The notes below the pieces were generated by a model, which saw nothing but the letters and a program-made list of their open reading frames with translations, was not told the origin of the DNA and made no database searches. Positions 19,732 through 29,038 of a stretch of DNA of 64,000 bases are shown piece after piece (the first letter of the stretch is position 1; every line of letters begins with the position of its first letter). The stretch comes from a bacterium. GTDB lineage: Bacteria; Krumholzibacteriota; Krumholzibacteriia; JACNKJ01. The stretch is from assembly GCA_024231955.1 (NCBI GenBank), contig JAAEPZ010000591.1, forward strand, positions 98,453-162,452, given 5' to 3'. Both the position numbers and the translations under genes were made by a program.

Positions 19732-20591
19732 AGCTGGCCTTCTTTCCCGGATGCATGATTCAGGTGAGATTCCCGCAGATGGAGGCGGCGGTGCGGAAAA
19801 CCGCGCCGGCGCTCGATGTCGAGTTGATAGACCTGCCTGGACTTGGCTGTTGTCCTGACCCCGTCTTCTTTAAATCGCTGCACAAACTTGATTGGTTGAC
19901 CCTTGCCGCCCGCAACCTGGCGATCGCCGAGCAGGCGGGACTCGATTTCGTCACGATCTGCAGCGGATGCACCGAGACGCTGGCGGAGGCCTCCCATCTG
20001 CTCAATGATGATGCTGATCTGCGCGGACAGGTAAACGAACGTCTGCACAAAATCGGCATGGAGTACAACGGTGGAGTGGCGACGCGTCATCTGATCACCG
20101 TGTTGCGGGACAATCTGGGGTTCGAACGGCTGACTGCTTCGGTGACTCGTCCTCTGACCGGTTTGCGTGTTGGAGTGCACTACGGTTGTCATCTACTAAA
20201 GCCGCGTAAGATCATGCAAGTCGATGATCCGGATCACCCCACGGTGTTCGAGGATATGCTGCGGGCCATCGGCGCCGAGCCTGTCGATCATGTGGAGCGG
20301 GTGATCTGCTGCGGCAAATCGTGCCGCGATTGCAACTTGCCTGAGGAGATGACATTGACGGTATTGAGATCGCTCAAGACGGCAGAGGTCGACATGATGG
20401 GGGTGATTTGCCCATCGTGTTTCGATTCCTTCGATATCGGGCAGATCAAGATCTCCCGCAAACACAAGCTGGGCTACACAATCCCGCCCGTCTACTACTT
20501 CCAGTTGCTTGCGTTGGCTCAAGGGCTGACGCCGGCAGAGGTCGGATTGGACAAGCATAAGATCAAGTCGGAGAGACTGCTGACTTTGTAG
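19728..20591 (+). CDS. hdrB: Heterodisulfide reductase subunit B (two CCG domains)
   Basis: 287 aa. N-terminus MKLAFFPGCMI...GLGCCPDP and CCGKSCRDCN are CCG-domain signatures. ATGA overlap with hdrC. Confidence 0.85.
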   Translation: MKLAFFPGCMIQVRFPQMEAAVRKTAPALDVELIDLPGLGCCPDPVFFKSLHKLDWLTLAARNLAIAEQAGLDFVTICSGCTETLAEASHLLNDDADLRGQVNERLHKIGMEYNGGVATRHLITVLRDNLGFERLTASVTRPLTGLRVGVHYGCHLLKPRKIMQVDDPDHPTVFEDMLRAIGAEPVDHVERVICCGKSCRDCNLPEEMTLTVLRSLKTAEVDMMGVICPSCFDSFDIGQIKISRKHKLGYTIPPVYYFQLLALAQGLTPAEVGLDKHKIKSERLLTL

Positions 20592-20597
20592 GGGGAA

Positions 20598-20624
20598 GGG
20601 CTGAATCCAGAGGGGATTCAGCCC
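20598..20624. terminator. Perfect 11-bp hairpin between convergent hdrB and GNAT genes (possible bidirectional terminator)
   Basis: GGGCTGAATCC-agagg-GGATTCAGCCC; no clear U-tract on either side. Confidence 0.4.
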
Positions 20625-20632
20625 GTTGAAGG

Positions 20633-21247
20633 TTAACGGTGCCGTTGCCAGTCCAGCTCCGTAACGTAGTGTTCCATCTCCTGCCACAGAGTCTTCATAT
20701 CGCAATGCATCACGATCAGATCCTGCTTCTTGCCGTCCAGGTCGCGCACGTAATCCTTGAGGACCGCCTCCTCTTTGAACCCCAGCCCTTTGACGATACT
20801 ATAGGCAGCCATCTGCGGACGCATGAGCTGTACAACGATCTCCTCGACCTTCTTCCGCATAGCCAGCATGAAGAGCTCTCTTGCTATCAACTTGCCGAGA
20901 CCCTTACGCCTGAACTTCCTGCCTATGATCATCCGCATCTCGGCCACATGCCTCTTCCAGTGATCGCTTTGCAATTCGAGGACACCGGTTGCGATAACCT
21001 GATTGCCAACGAGAACGATGAGGCGATTGAGATTGTCGCTGCCTTCGATGGCCCGAATTCTATTTTCAATTTCCGATCGTTTCGTGACATCAAAACGTAA
21101 ATAATTCCTATCCGCTTTCGACAGGGTGGAAAAAAAGGAGTATGTGGCATCGATGTCGGTGAGCTCGATTGGTCGAATTACAACATCCGCTCCAATCCTG
21201 AGCGAAGTCATATTCTTCAGTGAATCTGCAAGTACTGGTTGTGACAT
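20633..21247 (-). CDS. GNAT-family N-acetyltransferase
   Basis: 204 aa. Acetyl-CoA binding block QVIATGVLE...RKFRRKGLGKLIARELFMLA (R/Q-x-x-G-x-G/A). Confidence 0.8.
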   Translation of the reverse strand: MSQPVLADSLKNMTSLRIGADVVIRPIELTDIDATYSFFSTLSKADRNYLRFDVTKRSEIENRIRAIEGSDNLNRLIVLVGNQVIATGVLELQSDHWKRHVAEMRMIIGRKFRRKGLGKLIARELFMLAMRKKVEEIVVQLMRPQMAAYSIVKGLGFKEEAVLKDYVRDLDGKKQDLIVMHCDMKTLWQEMEHYVTELDWQRHR

Positions 21248-21522
21248 GATATCGACCTTCCTGGTTTCCCTTTGAAACCCAACTTCGTTAGAATTGATGT
21301 ATACAGTGATAGTATACTAAAACCGGGAATATGTCACGGGGGAATACAGTATAGCGAATAGATGGCGATCAATCGTAAGGAACGCTCAGGAATGCTTTTG
21401 AGACTCCAAACTGTGGTACTGCCGAGGGATTACTCCCCTAACGTGAAATTATTAAGGGGGATAGGGTGAATTACGGATTGCTGGCGTTGAATCGTATCCG
21501 GAGCATATTTTGCCACCGAATT

Positions 21523-24018
21523 TCAGTGGGCAGTTGCTTCAAATGCCTTGAATTCGATACTGTTTTCGGTCAACATCATGTTTGCAGGCCTGAATTTCAG
21601 AAGGAAGCCCGCCCCTTTATATAGGGTGTTGTGTGGCATGGAGTTGATGGAGCCATCGAAGCGATTAATCAAATAGTGGCAACGAGGTAGGCCGAAACCT
21701 CGAGAATTATCGCTGCTTGAACCCTCTACGAACAGATTGGGAATCTGAGCAGGGTCAAGACCGGGGCCATTGTCCGTAATCTCCAGATGAATCCATTCAT
21801 GCCTGGCCTTCAGGTGAAAGTGGATTTCGGGGTTGGCAATGTCCTTGAGCGCATCCTTGGCATTGCCCAGTATATTTTCAAGAACGATGAACAGGCATTT
21901 CCTGTCAAAAAAGATCGGCAGTGCGGGGACCGGCTCCAGATGATACACGGTTTGGATCGGATGAGCTTTGTCCGCAAGGCAGGCACGAACCGTCTGCATC
22001 AGTCCGACTCCCAGATCGGTTGTGAAATGTATCCGAGTCTCGGTGACTATCTTCTTGATACACTCAGAAACATGAACTGCTTGTCGCTGAATACCCTTCA
22101 GAAGAAGCGAGTGTAATGGACCGCCTGATTCATAGCGCCGGATGAAGAATCTGAAGAGCCATAGGTGCCAGCCAAGTGGATTTGAGGTTCGCTGAGACCG
22201 GCTCAGAGACCTGTACAGGTTGTTGATGGTCCTGATCATGTTCAGGGAGTCCTGGGTATGCAGGATATGGAGCAGGTGGTCCATATCCTGTGAGGTCGTG
22301 TTTTCAGGCGACCGAAGTCCAATTTTACATAACCTGTCGAAGAGACTCTTCCCGCCGGGGGAGCTGATGGAGCGTTCAAGGAGGCGATAGAGCAGATACC
22401 AGATCTCCCAATTGACCGGGGAGGTTGCCGGGGGAGCAACCGGTTTCTTGTTGATTCGGATGAATGCAACCAGCAGTCCGCCAGTGAGGAGACCCGTCAG
22501 GAACAGTAACAGTCCGGCGGGCAAAGTACGCTTGCTCGGAGCCAGTTGGGCAAGGGTCAACCGGTTCCCGTTTAGATAGGCGGGCTGAATCTTCCCCCCT
22601 TCCCATTGCCAGAAACAGGTGGGCAGGAAACAGGGGGTGGTGCCCTGAGCCGGATCCGGTTTCAGAATGGCCAGAGTATTCAGGTCGTTATCCAGAATCA
22701 GACCGCCTGAATCGGCAACCGTGACGACGATCTCCAGGTTGCCGTCACCCACTAGATCGCACAGGGTCTGGATGCTTACGCTTTTATCGAACTCCCTCTC
22801 GGCAATAGTCTCCAGATCCAGATTGAGGTGGGCGATCCTGCCGTTCTGTAGGGCCAGCAGGATGTCATCGCAGCCATCCTGGTCCAAGTCGGCGACAATG
22901 ACGCTGTAGGTGTTGGCCTGAAGCGTGCGATACTTCAGGATCTCACCGCTCAGGCTTTTCAGCTCAAGTCTGCTGGGTTTATCATCCTTCACTCCGCTGG
23001 ATATGTTCACCAGCCGGGCAATGGGGTGGCCATCGTGTCTCACCAGGCGCTGCTTGACATGTGAGTGGATCGATCCCCGAGCATTGCATTCGACCAGTTC
23101 CCCTGTCTCGCTGATCACCAGTTCGTAACTGTGATCATCTCCGCCTATATCCTGCACGAACGTTCCGTTGCCCGGTGAGGATGTACCGAACAGCATCTCG
23201 AGATGACCATCGCCGTCAAGATCGGTCACGCCGCCGCAGGTCGGGGGGCTGGGGACGTTGCGTTGCCATTTGATCCCCACATCCGGCTTATAGAGAAGTA
23301 CCGAACGCTGAGTACCGCCAAAGGCGGTGCCGATCTGGATGACGACACCCCGCCTGTCAGGCAACACGATTACGGGCAGCAGGCTGGCGGTGTTCATGGG
23401 CTTCGTCAGCAGCCCGGGGATCGCCACTTTGAATAGGCATTGTGCCTTGTGGCTGTAATCGGGAACCTGACTCCAGAATTCCAGCGTGTCGGGCTTGAGC
23501 GAATAGAAGAGCAGCTCCAGGACCCCGTCATCGTTCAGGTCATCAGGCGGCAGGCAACGATAGTGACCCTGGAGATTGAATTGGAGGTGGTCGGAGAAGG
23601 TGGTGGCATGGCGCGAGCTATGGATGAGCAGGATCGTGCAATCATTCAACTTGTCGTACTGGCTGAACAGGATGTCGGCGCATTGATCGTGATTGAGGTC
23701 CTTGCACGAGATGAATTCGAACTCATCCCTGATACAGTGGGCCTGGTAGACATCCTCGACTGTCCACGGAATGAAATCCGCTCCGCAGTCGGGCGCCAGT
23801 ACCATGAGCGCCAGCAACATTGTGCTACCCGCGTGGTGACTGCGCGCCTTTCCGGTATTGCTCTCGACAACGGCTCCCTTGCTCCTTTTACGCGTACGAC
23901 GGACACAGCGCAATGCCTGTGCGATCAACAGCAGGATGAGCACCGCCAGACAGATTATGAAGATGCCTAAATGTCCCTCACCCGATCTCAGTCCGAATGC
24001 GTCAAACAGTGCCGTCAT
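21523..24018 (-). CDS. Membrane sensor histidine kinase with extracytoplasmic FG-GAP/beta-propeller-type repeat domain
   Basis: 831 aa. N-terminal TM, then repeated DLDGDGHLEM / DLDQDGCDDILL / DLVGDGNLEIVV Ca-binding-like FG-GAP/VCBS repeats. Second TM (LLLFLTGLLTGGLLVAFI). C-terminal HATPase_c (LEITDNGPGLDP...GFGLPRCHYLINRFDGSI). H-box not canonical. Confidence 0.7.
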   Translation of the reverse strand: MTALFDAFGLRSGEGHLGIFIICLAVLILLLIAQALRCVRRTRKRSKGAVVESNTGKARSHHAGSTMLLALMVLAPDCGADFIPWTVEDVYQAHCIRDEFEFISCKDLNHDQCADILFSQYDKLNDCTILLIHSSRHATTFSDHLQFNLQGHYRCLPPDDLNDDGVLELLFYSLKPDTLEFWSQVPDYSHKAQCLFKVAIPGLLTKPMNTASLLPVIVLPDRRGVVIQIGTAFGGTQRSVLLYKPDVGIKWQRNVPSPPTCGGVTDLDGDGHLEMLFGTSSPGNGTFVQDIGGDDHSYELVISETGELVECNARGSIHSHVKQRLVRHDGHPIARLVNISSGVKDDKPSRLELKSLSGEILKYRTLQANTYSVIVADLDQDGCDDILLALQNGRIAHLNLDLETIAEREFDKSVSIQTLCDLVGDGNLEIVVTVADSGGLILDNDLNTLAILKPDPAQGTTPCFLPTCFWQWEGGKIQPAYLNGNRLTLAQLAPSKRTLPAGLLLFLTGLLTGGLLVAFIRINKKPVAPPATSPVNWEIWYLLYRLLERSISSPGGKSLFDRLCKIGLRSPENTTSQDMDHLLHILHTQDSLNMIRTINNLYRSLSRSQRTSNPLGWHLWLFRFFIRRYESGGPLHSLLLKGIQRQAVHVSECIKKIVTETRIHFTTDLGVGLMQTVRACLADKAHPIQTVYHLEPVPALPIFFDRKCLFIVLENILGNAKDALKDIANPEIHFHLKARHEWIHLEITDNGPGLDPAQIPNLFVEGSSSDNSRGFGLPRCHYLINRFDGSINSMPHNTLYKGAGFLLKFRPANMMLTENSIEFKAFEATAH

Positions 24019-26438
24019 GATGCGACCTGCTTGGCCTGCGATACGGTCGTGGAGTCATTGAGGTCCAGCACCACCAACAGCCCGCTATCAGTCACTTCGA
24101 TGTCCGCCAGACTGTATTTCTTGAGGATAGGCGAGGTGACGGAGTGGATATTCCGGAAGGGCATGCCCTGCCCGGCAGAGTCCGAGGTGCTCAGGTGGAG
24201 ATCATGACCCTGTTTGACGAAACTGAATGCGATCTCCGCTTGCCTGGCATCCGTGAAACGGTGCATATGAATTTCGACCAAGGCGTTGACGATCGTGAAG
24301 AAATCCGTGTCGAGCATCACCATGTGGTCGTTCATGTTGATGTTCGTGAAAGAGATACTGAGATTCTGGAGGCGGAATCCCGCAACCTTCCACTTCTGGA
24401 GCCAGATGATCAACAAGTCGCCCAGAGTCCTGGAAAGTTTCTCCTGCACCTGATCCTTGAAAACCCTAACCGTCTCAATGCAAACCTTCAGGGATTGCTT
24501 GAATTCCTGCAGGGCGTTGTCGGACAGAAGCCCGCTCTCAAACACCTCATTTGCATGCTTTTCGCAAATCTCGCATGCCTGACTGAACTCGCCGCAAGGG
24601 GAGTTCCGACGATTCGTGTCATCAAGGATGGTGATCAGATCTTTGAGTGCCGGCAACGGATACCTGATGAAGAAGGCCGTGGTGGTCCGAAACCGTTCAA
24701 ACAGGCGGGAGTGTTCAAGTTCATCATAATTGTTGAGATGGAAGAGCATCCGTTCCAGGTTCTTGCGATAGGCGCGGGAGTGACGGAATTCGCGGATTGA
24801 GGGATAGAGTTCCTGCCAGTAAACGGGGGTGTTATCGATGTCGAGCAGGTTGACCCCATCGACAAGAGCCAGTTGCGGTCGCGCAGCCCTCCCCCGCTTG
24901 GTCTGCACAATGAGCAGAATGATCAACGGGACCGGCAGAAGCCAGGGGAACCAGACGGGTAGCGGGCCGGCGACAATACCGGGGTTCCTGTCCAGACAGA
25001 AAACGCTGGCCTGATGTGAACTGACGGGTATGATCATCCGGCCTTGGCTTCCCGATTGCAACCAGTATTGCGGATTGCTGCTGTTGAGTTCGGAGTTCAA
25101 GGTGATGGGGGACTGGAGCGCTGCCAGAGGCTGCATCCGAGAATCCAGGACGGCAATCCGACCGCCTATATTGACCAGGATCTCCTGCTGGCCGTCACCA
25201 AACAGATCGAAACTGTACATCGGAGTGACGCGTGCCTCGCACCACCATCGCCCTATCTCCGCAAGATCGCCATTGTACAGCACCAGACTGCCGTCATGAA
25301 AACCGGCGAGGATCTGCTCGTTGCCATTTCTGTCGAGATCGATGGTGATGAGACGGGTGAGAGATGCATGGCATTGGAGAACTTTCTCCAACTGCCCCTC
25401 GTGATCGAATATGCGCAGTTGGTCGCGACGTCCGGAGTCGTTGCGCAGCATGGCACCGATCAGGTAGCCCGGGGCGGCGCTAGTGCGCAACGGGAAGGTG
25501 GTTGCCTGCGAGTAGGCACCTCCGGCAGCCCGATGCATGACCATCGAGCCGTCCAGGCGGCGTACGACCCAGTAGCTGCGGCTGTCGTCTTCACCGGGTA
25601 TCCGATTGCCCTGCATGTCGGCAAAGCTGGTTTGAAAGAGTAGATGATCCTGAAGCGCGGACGCCCCATCGTCGGGGAGATTGCTCATCCTGGGTATTGC
25701 GAAATGCTGCGGATATCTCAGACGTCCGGCAGAGGGGAAGTAGTTCCGGAATCCATTCCGATCGATAAGCAGCAGGCCGGAGGGTCCATCGATCCTGCTT
25801 GGTTGAAAATTGATGAGGGCCATGCCCAGATCGGGCAGAGCCAATCCGTCCGAACGACATTCCAAAGTGGGATTGGAGAAGAGAGCGGGCAGCTCCGCAG
25901 GGGAGAGCTCGAGCAGGGGCTCGCTCCGCACCTCCGAGGCCCAGTGGGTCAGTTCGATGATTTTGATATGTAAGCCATCCGAGCGATTTTCCCAGAAGAC
26001 AAGATCATCGCGAGCATCGGCATTGAGATCACCGAAGGCGGCAAGCCCACCCTGATGAGCCTTGAACGAGGTGCTCCAGCGAAGACCAAAATCGTATAAT
26101 TCGGAATCGTAGACCTGAGCCCGACCAAGGGCCGCCGGTCGCGACGCGTTACTGCTCGCAACGATCAACGTTTCATCGCTGCCCTTGGCGTCAATCAGGT
26201 GGAAACCCGTGCCGACCAGACTCTGGATTTCGGTGAAGCGATACTTGAAGTTCACGTCCGAGGACAGAATGATCCGTTCGCCCTGGCCCGCAGAGGCGAT
26301 CCGGGCCGGGAAGGATATCAGCAGGAGGCCAATAAACGCAGCAAGGTAGCGGTGAATAGCCATTATCCCATCAAGGGTTTGGGAAGAGCGACAGCAAGAA
26401 TTGTAGCAGAGTGGGTTGGTCGAAGATAGCGCATTCAA
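24015..26438 (-). CDS. Paralogous FG-GAP repeat membrane sensor with degenerate C-terminal kinase-like domain
   Basis: 807 aa. Same TM / FG-GAP ectodomain / TM layout (DLDRNGNEQIL, DLFGDGQQEILV). Cytoplasmic tail resembles HATPase but lacks the G2 box (SDSAGQGMP only). 4-nt overlap with the downstream paralog. Confidence 0.65.
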   Translation of the reverse strand: MNALSSTNPLCYNSCCRSSQTLDGIMAIHRYLAAFIGLLLISFPARIASAGQGERIILSSDVNFKYRFTEIQSLVGTGFHLIDAKGSDETLIVASSNASRPAALGRAQVYDSELYDFGLRWSTSFKAHQGGLAAFGDLNADARDDLVFWENRSDGLHIKIIELTHWASEVRSEPLLELSPAELPALFSNPTLECRSDGLALPDLGMALINFQPSRIDGPSGLLLIDRNGFRNYFPSAGRLRYPQHFAIPRMSNLPDDGASALQDHLLFQTSFADMQGNRIPGEDDSRSYWVVRRLDGSMVMHRAAGGAYSQATTFPLRTSAAPGYLIGAMLRNDSGRRDQLRIFDHEGQLEKVLQCHASLTRLITIDLDRNGNEQILAGFHDGSLVLYNGDLAEIGRWWCEARVTPMYSFDLFGDGQQEILVNIGGRIAVLDSRMQPLAALQSPITLNSELNSSNPQYWLQSGSQGRMIIPVSSHQASVFCLDRNPGIVAGPLPVWFPWLLPVPLIILLIVQTKRGRAARPQLALVDGVNLLDIDNTPVYWQELYPSIREFRHSRAYRKNLERMLFHLNNYDELEHSRLFERFRTTTAFFIRYPLPALKDLITILDDTNRRNSPCGEFSQACEICEKHANEVFESGLLSDNALQEFKQSLKVCIETVRVFKDQVQEKLSRTLGDLLIIWLQKWKVAGFRLQNLSISFTNINMNDHMVMLDTDFFTIVNALVEIHMHRFTDARQAEIAFSFVKQGHDLHLSTSDSAGQGMPFRNIHSVTSPILKKYSLADIEVTDSGLLVVLDLNDSTTVSQAKQVAS

Positions 26439-26509
26439 AGGAGATTATCTTTTTCTCCTCTATTGAGATCCGTGTGGGATCTGTGCGATGCTCCCCCGGC
26501 TCCAGCGGA

Positions 26510-27427
26510 ATGGATTACGATGTGACTCAGCAAACTCGCGCCTACCTGTATGCCGCCTTGGCCGTATTCTTCTGGTCGACGGTGGCTTCGGCCTTCAAGA
26601 TCTCGTTGCGTGTGTTGACTCCCGCCCAGTTGCTGCTGGTCGCCTCCCTTGCCTCGACACTCATCCTCTTCATAACGTTGATTATTCGCGGGGAGATAAC
26701 CGACCTGCGCCGGTCAACCAAAAGGGATCTCCTCAACTCAGCGGTTATGGGGTTGATCAACCCCTGCGTCTATTACCTAATCCTCTTCAAGGCCTATTCC
26801 CTGCTCCCCGGACAGGAGGCGCAGCCGCTCAACTTCACCTGGGGTATCATCCTGCCGCTGCTGTCCGTGCCGTTGCTCGGACAGAGAATCCGGCCCGTCA
26901 GTTTCCTGGCGATACTCCTCAGCTTCGCGGGGGTGTACGTGATCGCGGTGCGCGGCGATCTCCTCTCCTTCAGCTTCGCCAACCCCCTGGGGACCGGGCT
27001 GGCCCTCGGCAGTTCCCTGCTCTGGGCGCTGTACTGGATCCTGGGTATGCGTGACGGTCGCAAGGAGACGGTGAAGCTGTTTCTCAATTTCGTCTGGGGC
27101 ACGCTCTTCGTTCTCATCTGGACCTTTGCCCGCGGCGAACTCGATATCACCGCCCGTGCCGGTTGGCTGGGGGGGGCATATGTCGGGATCTTCGAGATGG
27201 GTCTGACCTTCGTGATCTGGTTGACGGCACTCCGCCTTTCGCGAACCACGGCCCAGGTGGCCAACCTGATCTTTCTCGCCCCGTTCGTCTCTCTGGTGCT
27301 GCTACACCTCATCGCCGGGGAGGAGATACGTCTCTCCTCGCTCGGCGGACTGGTGCTGATCGTCGCCGGGATCATACTTCAGAAACGGCTGGCCGGTGAG
27401 CTCGAAGACACCGTAGCCGAACAGTAA
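26510..27427 (+). CDS. EamA/DMT-family transporter (10 TM)
   Basis: Two EamA-like halves with strongly hydrophobic helices throughout. I prefer the internal ATG (MDYDVTQ...) over the track start 26411, which would overlap the upstream minus-strand gene start. Confidence 0.75.
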   Translation: MDYDVTQQTRAYLYAALAVFFWSTVASAFKISLRVLTPAQLLLVASLASTLILFITLIIRGEITDLRRSTKRDLLNSAVMGLINPCVYYLILFKAYSLLPGQEAQPLNFTWGIILPLLSVPLLGQRIRPVSFLAILLSFAGVYVIAVRGDLLSFSFANPLGTGLALGSSLLWALYWILGMRDGRKETVKLFLNFVWGTLFVLIWTFARGELDITARAGWLGGAYVGIFEMGLTFVIWLTALRLSRTTAQVANLIFLAPFVSLVLLHLIAGEEIRLSSLGGLVLIVAGIILQKRLAGELEDTVAEQ

Positions 27428-27458
27428 GGAACCCCGACGCTCTCAACGCCGGGGTTCC
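27428..27458. terminator. 9-bp GC-rich hairpin between convergent EamA and citF genes
   Basis: GGAACCCCG-(loop)-CGGGGTTCC; no U-tract. Confidence 0.35.
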
Positions 27459-27484
27459 CGTCGATTCGCCGTCTGTGGGTCGGT

Positions 27485-29038
27485 TCAGGATGTCTCGTAG
27501 ATGACGTCCAGGATCGTCCCGTCAACCCATTTCACAATACCCACGATCTTCTCGCCGACCCTGGGCTTTGCGGGGGGGCCTCCGACAATGCCCTCGATTT
27601 CCCGCTTCAGTTCGTCGATGGATCGCACCGGCAGACCCGCTGCAGTGGCGGACTCGATCAGATCCTGCCGCAGCGGATTGATGGCAATGCCCCGCTCGGT
27701 AACCACCACATCGATCAATTCGCCGGGGCCGCAGAGTGTGGTGACCTCATCGACGATCACCGGAATCCGGTTGCGGAACGCCGGGATCGGCAGAATCGTC
27801 ACGTTGGCGAATAGACAATTCTGCCAACCGCCGATGCCGTGCAGCATCTTGCCGTCACTGTGGGTGACCACGTTGGCGTTGAAATCGACATCGACCTCGG
27901 TGGCGCCGAGCACGACGAAATCCACCAGGGAGGCGAAGTTGCCCTTGCCGTGCCAGTTGTAGCTGGTGAAAGGGCTGGTGGCCAGATGGTTGGGGTTCTC
28001 CCGCATGGAGCGCACCCCCTCAAGGTCGAAGGTCTGACCGTCGAGGAGATAATCCATCATCCCCTCCTCGAGCATCTGGACCATGTACTTCGTCGAACCG
28101 CCCCGCATGAAGCGTGCGCGGATCTCAGCCTCCCGCATCATCTCCTTGAGGAAGATGGCCGTGGCCAGGGCGGTCCCGCCGGCGCCGGCCTGCAGCGAGA
28201 ACCCATCGCGGAAGTATGATGTCGACCGGATGAACTTCGCCGTCAGTTCGGCGATCAGCAGACGGTCGGGACTCTTGGTGATCCGCGTCGTGCCGCTGAC
28301 GATCTTGTCCGGGTCTCCGACCTGCTCCAGTTCGACGACGTAATCCACGTTGTTCCCCTGGATCTGCCAGGGGACGCAGGGGAAGGGCACGAGGTTGTCG
28401 GTAACCACAATCACCTTGTCCGCATAGAGCGAATCGACCAGGCCGAAATTGAGGCTGCCGCAGGCGCTGGGTCCGCGATCCCCCGTGGCGTTGCCGAAAG
28501 CGTCTGCGGTGGGGGCGGCCAGCACCGTGATGTCGATGTGCACCTCGCCGTCCTGCACGGCCTGCCAGCGACCGCCATGACTGCGCAGCACGGCCACGCC
28601 ATCCATGTCGCCGTGACTGGCGTATGCCCCGAGAGGACCGTTGAGGCTCCCCTCGATCCGTTTCAGGACGCCGTTGTCCATGTGTTCGATCATGGGCTTG
28701 TGACAGGGGAACGCGGCGCTGGGAAACCAGACCAGATCCTTCACCCCCAACTCGGCCGCGGCCTGGAAGACCGCATTCATCACCAGATCCCCGTTACGGA
28801 AGTGGTGATGATTGCTGATGGTCATGCCGCTCTTCAGACCGGCTTTGCGCAGCGCCTCCTTCAAAGTGGCGACCCGCTTGTCGCCGTCGGCCGGGAAGTC
28901 CCCGCACTGGGCGACAGAGGGCGCCGTCTTGCGCCCCTGCGGCTGGAACTGCCCGACACCCTTGTACGGTGTCTGGGGAACGGCATTGACCTCTGTGGGA
29001 ACCATCCGACCCGCGGCATTCTTCACCATCTTGCTCAT
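27485..29038 (-). CDS. citF: Citrate lyase alpha subunit (citrate CoA-transferase)
   Basis: 517 aa. Colinear with CitF family (GMTISNHHHFRNGDLVMN..., ...NPNHLATSPFTSYNWHGKG..., ...GIAINPLRQDL...). Confidence 0.85.
   Translation of the reverse strand: MSKMVKNAAGRMVPTEVNAVPQTPYKGVGQFQPQGRKTAPSVAQCGDFPADGDKRVATLKEALRKAGLKSGMTISNHHHFRNGDLVMNAVFQAAAELGVKDLVWFPSAAFPCHKPMIEHMDNGVLKRIEGSLNGPLGAYASHGDMDGVAVLRSHGGRWQAVQDGEVHIDITVLAAPTADAFGNATGDRGPSACGSLNFGLVDSLYADKVIVVTDNLVPFPCVPWQIQGNNVDYVVELEQVGDPDKIVSGTTRITKSPDRLLIAELTAKFIRSTSYFRDGFSLQAGAGGTALATAIFLKEMMREAEIRARFMRGGSTKYMVQMLEEGMMDYLLDGQTFDLEGVRSMRENPNHLATSPFTSYNWHGKGNFASLVDFVVLGATEVDVDFNANVVTHSDGKMLHGIGGWQNCLFANVTILPIPAFRNRIPVIVDEVTTLCGPGELIDVVVTERGIAINPLRQDLIESATAAGLPVRSIDELKREIEGIVGGPPAKPRVGEKIVGIVKWVDGTILDVIYETS

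Noticed and set aside
21290-21330. TGATA/GTATAC-like short repeats (gatgatacagtgatagtatac) in the AT-richer intergenic region upstream of the GNAT gene.
   Set aside because: The repeats are imperfect and short, with no clear dyad symmetry. They cannot be told apart from chance in an AT-rich promoter region.
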